A stretch of 64,000 bases of DNA from Thermodesulfobacteriota bacterium (GCA_965223335.1 OZ244991.1:1632001-1696000); one strand, 5' to 3'. Counted from the stretch's first letter, positions 31,235 through 39,355 are shown. Notes: generated from the letters alone by a model not told the origin. Program-made: numbers and translations.

Positions 31235-32071
31235 TTATGTTTCAGGTTTGTAAGGTGGGTTGGTCAACACACATTTTACCTTTGTTGTGGGTTTAACCTT
31301 ACCGCTGTACTGTTTCGTGTTGCTGGTGCCGTTATAAACACAACTCGCGTTGAATCTAACCAAGTCTACAGTAGTCGGCTGAAGTTGTATTGTGGCTTCT
31401 TTCTTGTAATCGCCGTTTCCCTTAGTCAGTGCATCTTTACACTGTTTCTCCACAGTGTTTAAACTCCATGGTTTAATCATAACGTTTTTATTGATGTGAT
31501 CTTCAGTGTAGTTGCCTGTCGGGAATACAGCCTTAGGACCATTGGCCGTAGAGATCTCAAAGTGCTTAATGCTTTGGTTCTCACCACACTGGAGTTTAGC
31601 GTTCCACTTTGTCTTCTCTTTTAAGTTTTTAGAAGCAAGTTTCATCACTGTGTACTCATGACCGTTATGAGACTCGGATTTGAGTTTCATAGGCACTGTG
31701 CCATGAAGACCGTTCATCTGATAGATTGATGCTCCGCCGTGGCTTGGGAACGGGTTGGATGTATACCCGCTCTGTGAACTCTGATGTTTAGGTTTAACCA
31801 AAACAGCTTTCTTGGCCACAGGCTTTGTGGATTTTCTGCTACTCTTGATACGCTTTGGTGTAGTAGAAGAATCGGAGTTGTCTACGCCGTTGGTTGTGTA
31901 ACCATAGTGGTCGCAGCAGTTAACCCATTTCCCATCAACCTTACAGAGTGCCAGTATATCGTAAGGGCAACTCGCAAAGCTGTTGTTTGTACCCAATCCT
32001 AAAAACATAAATACCGCTAATGCTACTACTGAAAATACTTTCATGCTTTCAAATCTACTTAGATTAATCAT
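31235..32071 (-). CDS. Secreted Cys-containing hypothetical protein
   Basis: AAGGAGG RBS before ATG 32071; signal peptide; 8 Cys in the mature part; Lys/Ser-rich linker. Confidence 0.8.
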   Translation of the reverse strand: MINLSRFESMKVFSVVALAVFMFLGLGTNNSFASCPYDILALCKVDGKWVNCCDHYGYTTNGVDNSDSSTTPKRIKSSRKSTKPVAKKAVLVKPKHQSSQSGYTSNPFPSHGGASIYQMNGLHGTVPMKLKSESHNGHEYTVMKLASKNLKEKTKWNAKLQCGENQSIKHFEISTANGPKAVFPTGNYTEDHINKNVMIKPWSLNTVEKQCKDALTKGNGDYKKEATIQLQPTTVDLVRFNASCVYNGTSNTKQYSGKVKPTTKVKCVLTNPPYKPET

Positions 32072-32086
32072 GGTTAATTCCTCCTT
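32064..32086 (-). repeat. 23-bp exact direct repeat, copy 2
   Basis: Identical to 31071-31093. Confidence 0.9.
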
Positions 32087-32103
32087 GAAATCGTATTTGT
32101 ACA

Positions 32104-32133
32104 GTGTGTAACAACAAAGGCGTAGATGGTTCA
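32104..32133 (-). promoter_or_regulatory. Putative ECF sigma promoter
   Basis: TGAACC atctacgcctttgt TGTTAC ACAC. Confidence 0.85.
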
Positions 32134-32203
32134 AAAAAATGATGATTAACCTAGATAGAGTTACATAAGACCTTGCTTTCAAGACTGTGCCATAGATCAA
32201 TAC

Positions 32204-32241
32204 AAGAACCCCGGTCTAGATTGGGAGTTTCCAGACCGGGG
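32204..32241 (-). terminator. Probable intrinsic terminator after the CARDB gene
   Basis: Minus strand CCCCGGTCT...AGACCGGGG followed by TTCTT. Confidence 0.7.
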
Positions 32242-32285
32242 CAGGTTGGGGTATAGGAGGTGTGTATGAGATGCACACATTATTT

Positions 32286-32846
32286 TCACTTGTTTTTGTT
32301 TGCTAATAGTGACTTTCTATTGTCGTTTGAATCACAATCACCCTTAACCTTTACTCGTAACGCGAATGGCACATTATTTAATTCATTGGATTCGACTACC
32401 TCTTGGTTACTGTCTAATTTGATAACTACCTTTTGCTTCCCTGTTTCCAATGCTATCGTGTTGTGAGTATTTATAACTTCGTCTGTGTCCAGACCTGAAT
32501 AAGATTCCACCCTAGACCACGAACCGACGTTTATTCTGTATTCAAAACTATCACTTGAAGACTCTCCACGATTACTAATTTGTATCTGATAAGGAAAGAC
32601 ACATCTTCCATTAACCGAGTGTATAGCATCTTCTGCTCTCAATTGAATTGAACTTCCCCACTCACCAACAGTGTCTGCTATTCTAATGGAGTCTGAGCTT
32701 GTTATATCTGGCAGTTCGCTATTAATGCTACTTACCTCGTAATATTCCAAATCATCAGCGAGTGTTTTACTGCCCATGACTTGTAGAGAGACTATTATTA
32801 AGAGAACTGTTAAAAATGTAATGTTTTGAGTGCTTAACCTTTTCAT
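32286..32846 (-). CDS. Secreted CARDB-like (Ig-fold) domain protein
   Basis: Signal peptide; I.N.G...S and LDSNQEVVESNELNN, matching the CARDB-type D..N.V.E.NE.NN pattern. Confidence 0.8.
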   Translation of the reverse strand: MKRLSTQNITFLTVLLIIVSLQVMGSKTLADDLEYYEVSSINSELPDITSSDSIRIADTVGEWGSSIQLRAEDAIHSVNGRCVFPYQIQISNRGESSSDSFEYRINVGSWSRVESYSGLDTDEVINTHNTIALETGKQKVVIKLDSNQEVVESNELNNVPFALRVKVKGDCDSNDNRKSLLANKNK

Positions 32847-32875
32847 TCCAAACTCCTTTCAATTGATTTTGTATA

Positions 32876-32905
32876 GTAAGTAACGCGGGAGGTGGAAAAG
32901 GTTCA
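32876..32905 (-). promoter_or_regulatory. Putative ECF sigma promoter
   Basis: TGAACC ttttccacctcccg CGTTAC TTAC. Confidence 0.85.
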
Positions 32906-32921
32906 AAATTTTTTTGAGCAG

Positions 32922-32951
32922 AGGGGGCTCTATGTAGTCATAGAGCCCCCT
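32922..32951 (-). terminator. Hairpin terminator after the M6-like protease gene
   Basis: Perfect 13-bp stem AGGGGGCTCTATG / CATAGAGCCCCCT with a 4-nt loop; weak U tract. Confidence 0.7.
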
Positions 32952-32960
32952 TGAAAAGAT

Positions 32961-35900
32961 CTAGTTGGTGTTATTTAGTGAGAATGTGGAGTTGGTCAAG
33001 AAATCTGTTTTGATCCCAAGCAGGTTATATCCGCTTGGATCACCATTTGACCACAGCAATAGAGGTTCGCTACCTAGTGGCAGTGGGTCGCCTATGCTTA
33101 GCGGGCAAGATAATGTGCCTGCATCAAGCAGATCCATTCCGCCTACTGCTTGACCGAACAGTGTTTGTTTGAACTCTGCATAGTCGTCCCCTGAATCGTT
33201 GCTGATGAAATCATAGATGTGAGCAAAGTCCGGTTGTATAAGTCTAACACCTACTCTTACGTAGTTGCTCGCATGCTTGTTCAACCATTCATGATTCGGT
33301 ATGCAGACAGGGTTCTGTAGAGGTTTACAGTCTGGTGCTACAGCGCCGATAGCCGATTTGCAGGCATCATTAGGTTCTATTACATGGTACACAGCCAAGC
33401 CCGAGTCGTTGATGTTATAGTCGTAGAGAGGTGTGTTGATCGAGTTTTCTTGGATTCTGGTCTCGAGCAGCACATATTCCAGCCCGTCATCATACCTGCG
33501 TGGGAGTATGTAGACCTTCTCACTCTGCTTCACATCACTCAGATCGTATTTATCATTTTCCTCGATGACATGAGGTGTGACCCATCCAAGGTGTAGCTTG
33601 TGGAACCCATGAAGGTGAGGTGTTGCAAGGTCCTTACCGGTTTTAAATGTCATAAGCGATATCATATGAGGTGCAGTGTTCATATATCTGTTCTGACAGG
33701 TCTCACCCGGTGCCAGGTCCTCTTCGTCCGGGCAATCACTCATAAAGCTAGGTAGCGCAGAAAACTGTACTCCGTCATGCAGTCCTTTGTATCTTCCATA
33801 CGCGTCATCGAGGCCTAGCCAATGGTGTGCAAGTTCGTGTGCGGCAACCATCATATTCTGGATCTTGTCCGACTGATCAAGAGGTTCGGCTTTAAATATT
33901 AGGTTTAGGTGAACTGTCTCTGTAATCCTCACACCGTCCACACTCAGTGTTTCATTATCTTCGTCACAGAAAGGTGCAAAGCTTGTCTTAATTGACGAGC
34001 CGGCGTTCCCACTCCTTGGGATGGCAACAATAATTCCCAATTCATCTGGCGTGATCATTTCATCTTTATTTCTGTCATAGGATTTGAAGTCAATCATACC
34101 TTCGGCAAATTTGAGCGCTTCAGCATGAAGGGCATCAGAGCCTGATCCATAGGTAGCACCGTTTTCACAGTCAAAGTTCTCACTATCGAGATAATAGTTT
34201 TTATCGTTTGTGATTTGACCTGCGTTTGCAGCTGTGAAAATCCCGAGTGTGCCGGCTTTGTTAACCTGGAACCTGCCGCCTGAGTTGAGCATAAAATAGT
34301 CTTTTACACTCTGGAACCCGCCGTGCAGGAAGTCATCAACATCCACAAAGAACATGGTGTCTGCAGGTGAATCTTCGATCTGGGGATCGATTATGATGGT
34401 GAGGAGCTCGCGGGATCCATATATAGGTTCTATTATGGACTCGTATTTCTTAGAAGCTCTTCCCATATTAGGTCCTTCTGCCAGGTCCGGGCCTATGCGG
34501 AGTTTTTTCTCGACTACCAGGTTAGCATCGTTGATATAGCCAGCAGGTGGAGTTGTAACACCGGCTTGCGTTACTCGGTATGCAACTCCTACTTCATAAC
34601 CGCCTGCTTTAGGTGATAGCTCCTTGATACCAAATGTGTAACTGCCGCCGCCAGCATGATTTACCTGTGGTTTAGTGTCGCCAGGGTTTTGGAATGTCAG
34701 TGTCGGGTAGTGGATGATTACTTCTTGATCCATTAGCGGGAAGCCGTCCAATGTAGGCACTATGAATATAGTCCCCTCTCCTGCGAATGCTCCGCTTAGT
34801 GTTACTGCTATATCCGATACTTCATTCACTTCAACATGTGTCGACAGATTAGCAACCGGTGTGGTATGGCTCTCTGTGGAGCTTGTAAGCTCGGTCTGCG
34901 ATACAACATCAAAAAAGTTGTCTTTGGAATTGTTCTCTTCTGTTTGTACTAACACAGTCCATGCAGAAATTGTTCCTTTTGCCACAACATCAGTCTCGCT
35001 GCCTCTCCACTCGAACTTTACGTTATGCATTCCCTCTGGGAGGTCTTCTGCATTAAATACCACGCTTCTTGCCTCGGTATGATAGAGTCTTCCCGCCAAT
35101 GCAATCTCTTTGGGATAGACCTCTTCGGCACCGTTATCAATTATCGCGCGGAGCATAATGAAATCACCCTGCTCCATGCTTATGACGGATGAGAATGTAA
35201 TAGCGGTTTCCGAGCCTTTAGGTACGTAGAAATTTATGTCGGCATTAGGCACGGGCGTCCAGTTCTTGGTCCCGATCTTAAGCTGTTCGGGTTCACCGTC
35301 GCCAGTGATGCCTTTTCCGGTTTTAACCTTAATCGAAGCGTTTCTGATGTAGGAACTGCCGTTTGTTACATGCTCTGTTGAGTACTGTACCTGTACCGTG
35401 TGTATGCCTCTGTCTACCTCTGTTAAAAAGGTGAATGATTGACTCGGGGCCACAAGTACCTGGTCCATCCCGCCAGTAAGTGTGATCGGACCTGGGAGTG
35501 CCTCAACACCGTCTACGAGTACCCTTATTTGCAGGGGTTCATCTGTGGTGTCCGATACATATGACATTGCCGAGAATGTAATCGCAGCTACGGTGTTATT
35601 TTCATTTACTACAAATTTGCTTGCGGCTCTCGGTAGATCTATAAACCCGTCACTGCCCTTTGGGAGTTTAATGAATTGATCAACCATCACTGGGAATTCC
35701 GGTGTGCCGCCGTCAACACATATTGTTTCTTTCTCGCCAGCATACGAGTATTTCTTGGTTTTACAGCCGATATGAGTTTCCGACCTGATCTGCATGCTGT
35801 CAGGTTCATTGCCATCGAACTCATACGGATTAGGTAAGAATCCGCCCGGACCTGGGCGGTTTACGCTTGATGATTTTTTCTGAGCCTCTGCGCTCACTGA

Positions 35901-35993
35901 AAACATAAGTACAACTACTAGAAGCACAAGCAACTGTAATATTTGCCTGCTTGTTCCTTGTTTGGATTTATTGTTGAGTGTAAGTCTTAACAT
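32961..35993 (-). CDS. Secreted M6 (immune inhibitor A-like) zinc metalloprotease with N-terminal repeated beta domains
   Basis: Signal peptide; SVKDYF..NSGG, IDF..YD.N.D, HELAHHWLGLDD (HExxH...G..D), K.HLGW and EY.LLE motifs; GAGGAGG before ATG 35993. Confidence 0.82.
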   Translation of the reverse strand: MLRLTLNNKSKQGTSRQILQLLVLLVVVLMFSVSAEAQKKSSSVNRPGPGGFLPNPYEFDGNEPDSMQIRSETHIGCKTKKYSYAGEKETICVDGGTPEFPVMVDQFIKLPKGSDGFIDLPRAASKFVVNENNTVAAITFSAMSYVSDTTDEPLQIRVLVDGVEALPGPITLTGGMDQVLVAPSQSFTFLTEVDRGIHTVQVQYSTEHVTNGSSYIRNASIKVKTGKGITGDGEPEQLKIGTKNWTPVPNADINFYVPKGSETAITFSSVISMEQGDFIMLRAIIDNGAEEVYPKEIALAGRLYHTEARSVVFNAEDLPEGMHNVKFEWRGSETDVVAKGTISAWTVLVQTEENNSKDNFFDVVSQTELTSSTESHTTPVANLSTHVEVNEVSDIAVTLSGAFAGEGTIFIVPTLDGFPLMDQEVIIHYPTLTFQNPGDTKPQVNHAGGGSYTFGIKELSPKAGGYEVGVAYRVTQAGVTTPPAGYINDANLVVEKKLRIGPDLAEGPNMGRASKKYESIIEPIYGSRELLTIIIDPQIEDSPADTMFFVDVDDFLHGGFQSVKDYFMLNSGGRFQVNKAGTLGIFTAANAGQITNDKNYYLDSENFDCENGATYGSGSDALHAEALKFAEGMIDFKSYDRNKDEMITPDELGIIVAIPRSGNAGSSIKTSFAPFCDEDNETLSVDGVRITETVHLNLIFKAEPLDQSDKIQNMMVAAHELAHHWLGLDDAYGRYKGLHDGVQFSALPSFMSDCPDEEDLAPGETCQNRYMNTAPHMISLMTFKTGKDLATPHLHGFHKLHLGWVTPHVIEENDKYDLSDVKQSEKVYILPRRYDDGLEYVLLETRIQENSINTPLYDYNINDSGLAVYHVIEPNDACKSAIGAVAPDCKPLQNPVCIPNHEWLNKHASNYVRVGVRLIQPDFAHIYDFISNDSGDDYAEFKQTLFGQAVGGMDLLDAGTLSCPLSIGDPLPLGSEPLLLWSNGDPSGYNLLGIKTDFLTNSTFSLNNTN

Positions 35994-36022
35994 TTTATTC
36001 CTCCTCAATGTTTGTTTGATAG

Positions 36023-36052
36023 GTAAGTAACACGAGGAGGTAAAATGGTTCA
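36023..36052 (-). promoter_or_regulatory. Putative ECF sigma promoter
   Basis: TGAACC attttacctcctcg TGTTAC TTAC. Confidence 0.85.
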
Positions 36053-36153
36053 GATTACTTAAAAACTTTTTGGTTGATACAATTAGCTTCTGCTACTGAT
36101 TAGCGTAACAAGTTAAGATCATTGAATAAATACAGAGTGTGATAAAAGCAGGT

Positions 36154-37878
36154 TCAGTTGGCTCTGGCTTCTTCGGTGCCTTCATTTAATAAGTTCAATG
36201 CACCCAAAGCGTCTATTCTGCCTTTACCGTATTCGTTATCCTTTCCGGGTTTACCCAAGTCAAGCGCACTTTGCGTAAGGAGGTATTTAACCTCAGTCGA
36301 GGTGAGAGCCGGGTTTTGCTGCAGAAGTAGTGCAATAGCACCTGTGACGTGGGCTGCCGCCATAGAAGTGCCCGAGGTTAGATGCCACTTATTACCTGGT
36401 GCAGGGCAGTAGATCTCCACCCCAGGTGCCGAGAGATCTATGTATGATCCTCTGGTCGATGAACGGTATAGATTATCTTTGGCATCCGTCGCAGTCACAG
36501 CTATGACTTCTCCCAAAGCCGCCGGATACACAGTCTTACCATTCTTACCACCATTACCCGCAGCGGCTACAACAATGACTCCTTTTTCTACCGCTTTCCT
36601 GATCATTTTAGCGATTAGATGATCTTTCGGGCCGCCAAGGCTGAGGTTTATAACCTGAGCACTGTTTAAGATCGAATAATCAATTGATTTTGCAAGTGAA
36701 GTACTGCTGCAAATTGTATTTTTAGCCTCTGTTGAGTCTGACCAGCATGCCCTCACGGAAATGATATCAACATCGGGTGATATGCCGAGTGCACCTGTAC
36801 CGTTGTTAGGAGTAGATGCAATAATCCCGGCGATTGATGTGCCGTGCAGTTCATCTGTAAAACTCCCGTTGCCTTTGTCCACAAAATCCCTTCTCAGTTT
36901 TACCGCATTACTGAGTGCACTGTGATTATAATCTACACCGGTATCAATGACGGCCACTCTTACCCCGTTTCCTGTCGAAATTCTGTGAGCCTTATCGGCG
37001 TTGATCTTATTCACACCATACTGGATTGAACTGGTTGCGAGCCCTTCGTATAGATACACAGGCTGGGTCGCTAACACACGAGCATCATCAATAAGTGAGG
37101 TAATCACAACCGGGACTGTTCTAGAATCCGGGATGTTATATACGACTAGCACAGCATTGATGCTGTTTAATCTATAAGCTTCCCTTAGAGTCAGCTCATT
37201 TTTACTTCCTATTTCAGTTGCTGTGCTCCGAGCATTCGGGCTGTCTTCTATAAGTATCAATACCTGATCGGGTATATAACCGTCCTTTGCTATTCCGGAC
37301 AAAGTTTCGGGGGTCGGATCCTTAAACACGGGGGCGGTGAGTTGTTCCTGCTCTATAACAGGCTCAATCAAAGTTGGGTCGTCCGGCAATTGAGTAGGTG
37401 ATGTAAACTGGGGATCAGGGACTACGGGATTAATCCCCGAGGTCGGGTCGGGGTCAGAAGACCCAGGTTGATTACTCGGGGTTTCAGGCTCAGGTACCGG
37501 GGGTAGGGGGTTTGTGGGTTGAGTGGTGTCAGGATTCCTGGGAGGCTTCGGGTTGTCAGGTCTCGGGGGCTTAGGTTCATTCGGAGGAAGCACAATATCT
37601 TGGCTCGGAAGATTCGGTATTGTCGGTGGTTTGTTCGGGGGTTGAGGATATGTAGGCCCCGAATTGCTAGGGTTTCGGTTAGGATTAGGTTTCGGCGGTG
37701 TAGGCAGGTCATCACCCACATTAGGACTATAGCTGCTAGGGTATCGTGGTATTGGCTTTGATGAGTTGGACTGAGCAACCACAATAGCCTCTGCAGTTAA
37801 ATTCAAGGCGAGCGCATTTGAATAACCGCTCAGAGCTATTAAAAGTGCTGCCGTTACAGTTGCTGTGATAGCTCTCAT
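36154..37878 (-). CDS. S8 subtilisin-like serine protease with Pro-rich N-terminal linker and propeptide
   Basis: Catalytic triad VAVIDTG / HGTSIAG / SGTSMA, oxyanion motif AAAGN; signal peptide; long Pro-rich region. Confidence 0.95.
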   Translation of the reverse strand: MRAITATVTAALLIALSGYSNALALNLTAEAIVVAQSNSSKPIPRYPSSYSPNVGDDLPTPPKPNPNRNPSNSGPTYPQPPNKPPTIPNLPSQDIVLPPNEPKPPRPDNPKPPRNPDTTQPTNPLPPVPEPETPSNQPGSSDPDPTSGINPVVPDPQFTSPTQLPDDPTLIEPVIEQEQLTAPVFKDPTPETLSGIAKDGYIPDQVLILIEDSPNARSTATEIGSKNELTLREAYRLNSINAVLVVYNIPDSRTVPVVITSLIDDARVLATQPVYLYEGLATSSIQYGVNKINADKAHRISTGNGVRVAVIDTGVDYNHSALSNAVKLRRDFVDKGNGSFTDELHGTSIAGIIASTPNNGTGALGISPDVDIISVRACWSDSTEAKNTICSSTSLAKSIDYSILNSAQVINLSLGGPKDHLIAKMIRKAVEKGVIVVAAAGNGGKNGKTVYPAALGEVIAVTATDAKDNLYRSSTRGSYIDLSAPGVEIYCPAPGNKWHLTSGTSMAAAHVTGAIALLLQQNPALTSTEVKYLLTQSALDLGKPGKDNEYGKGRIDALGALNLLNEGTEEARAN

Positions 37879-37913
37879 GTCTCTTCTCCCTCGTTTTATA
37901 CTATAACCTATAT

Positions 37914-38606
37914 TTAATAGCCCTCAGTGGCTGATTTAATTATTTCGGTATTCGCACTAAGTTCTTGAATGGTATCGGCTGCTTGCTCGTCAGGTTCTAG
38001 CTCTATTACATATAAACCACCCGCTTTCGGTCCATCCACAATTTTTCCCCTGATTTCCTCAAGCACCTCTCCTATAGCTTCTATGCTAGCGTCTTCTTGA
38101 AACACAACCAACAACTTTGGCCCGGCAGTTTGCACTAGCTCTGTATCTCCGCTTAAGACCTTGTAATCATTGGTCTCCTCGGGTGTGCCGAAGTAAAGTT
38201 TGCCTGCAAGCAGAGCGATCAACCCAAACTGCACAAGCAGTATGGCCATGGCCCCTGCGGGTATTGCGGTGGGTAATGATATAGCCGGCATCAAGTTTTT
38301 TATACTTGACCAAATGGTTTCGGTTTCTTCATCTCTGGCGTAGCTGACATCGGTGTCTGTTTCTTCGATCCTCTGCATAATGCTTTCTTCCATATTCTCG
38401 AACTCGGCAGATATCTCTTTATCCACAAGCTCATTGGTTTCCATAACTGCTTCCCTTATAACCTCGAGTCCTATGATCTCAGAGCTGCACTCTTCGCATT
38501 CGTGGATGTGCTCTGTAACAAGTGCTTTTTCTTCTGTGTCCAATGTACCGTTTAGGTACCATGGCAAAAGCAGGCTGATCTCTTCATGTGTAGTATTGTT
38601 GGTCAT
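37914..38606 (-). CDS. Zinc-finger (zf-HC2/ZAS) transmembrane anti-sigma factor
   Basis: LLPWY.NGTL...HIHECEEC (HxxxCxxC), one TM helix and a C-terminal domain; start overlaps the sigma stop (ATGA). Confidence 0.9.
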   Translation of the reverse strand: MTNNTTHEEISLLLPWYLNGTLDTEEKALVTEHIHECEECSSEIIGLEVIREAVMETNELVDKEISAEFENMEESIMQRIEETDTDVSYARDEETETIWSSIKNLMPAISLPTAIPAGAMAILLVQFGLIALLAGKLYFGTPEETNDYKVLSGDTELVQTAGPKLLVVFQEDASIEAIGEVLEEIRGKIVDGPKAGGLYVIELEPDEQAADTIQELSANTEIIKSATEGY

Positions 38607-39193
38607 TGCAGTGTCTCCTCTGTGGTTATTCCCAATCCTGTAAGTTTTTCTTTCAATTTTTCTTTTGCGTAATACATTCGGGTCTTCACAGTGTTTACAG
38701 GGCAGTCCATTATCTCGGCAATTTCAGGGTATGATAGCCCCTCATAGAATGTAAGCTCGAGTACCGTCCTGTGTTCGGGGGAAAGTTGTTCCAGAGCTAT
38801 TTTCATGCGCTCTGCTCTATCTTTTTTCTCCACGATTTCCTCCACGTTATCTTCCGACGCAGGGATCCGTGAAAACTCCTCGGGGTCCATTGCAGTCGGC
38901 GATTTTTTTCTCAGTTCGTTCATTGTTTTGTTGTGTGCTATACCGAAAATCCATGTAAGCACCTTTGATTTCCCTTTAAAGTTTTTGGCACTGTTCCAGA
39001 CCTCAAACATTACATCGTTTGTGATCTCTTCGGTCATTTTGTTGTCTTTTGTTGTCTTATAAACAAACGAAAAGACCTGCCGAACGTATTTTTGATAAAG
39101 GGTTTTAAACGCCTCTTTATTGCCGTTTGCGATTTCCTCTATCAGTTCCAAATCCGAAGGTTCCAAAACCCTCTCCATTATCTCTGGCCTCAC
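38603..39193 (-). CDS. ECF-type RNA polymerase sigma-70 factor
   Basis: Sigma2 (AF..LY...EEITNDV...F.G.SKV.TWIFGIAHN) and sigma4 (LS.EHR...GLSY.EIA....PVNTVKTR) only; alternative ATG at 39178. Confidence 0.96.
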   Translation of the reverse strand: MRPEIMERVLEPSDLELIEEIANGNKEAFKTLYQKYVRQVFSFVYKTTKDNKMTEEITNDVMFEVWNSAKNFKGKSKVLTWIFGIAHNKTMNELRKKSPTAMDPEEFSRIPASEDNVEEIVEKKDRAERMKIALEQLSPEHRTVLELTFYEGLSYPEIAEIMDCPVNTVKTRMYYAKEKLKEKLTGLGITTEETLQ

Positions 39194-39210
39194 AAATGTA
39201 TTTTCAAACT

Positions 39211-39240
39211 GTTAGTAACACCGAGTACACAGATGGTTCA
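39211..39240 (-). promoter_or_regulatory. Putative autoregulatory ECF promoter
   Basis: TGAACC atctgtgtactcgg TGTTAC TAAC, directly upstream of the sigma gene. Confidence 0.88.
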
Positions 39241-39355
39241 AACGCTTTGTTCGAACAAAATTTATTAAACAATACTAAAATAAAAACAGTTGAATAACCA
39301 GTGGTATCAAGACACTTTGTAATAGGGTGGTTCCTGTGTATAATCCCTTGTTATC

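Noticed and set aside
32142..32159. Imperfect inverted copy (ATGATTAACCTAGATAGA) of the start of the 32071 gene, flanking its promoter
   Set aside because: Only 15/18 identity in AT-rich DNA and no recombinase nearby, so an invertible promoter is unsupported.
28727..39240. Repeated motif interpreted as CRISPR repeats or integron attC sites
   Set aside because: Only two short boxes are conserved around a variable spacer, copies are kilobases apart and not palindromic, and no cas or integrase gene is present.
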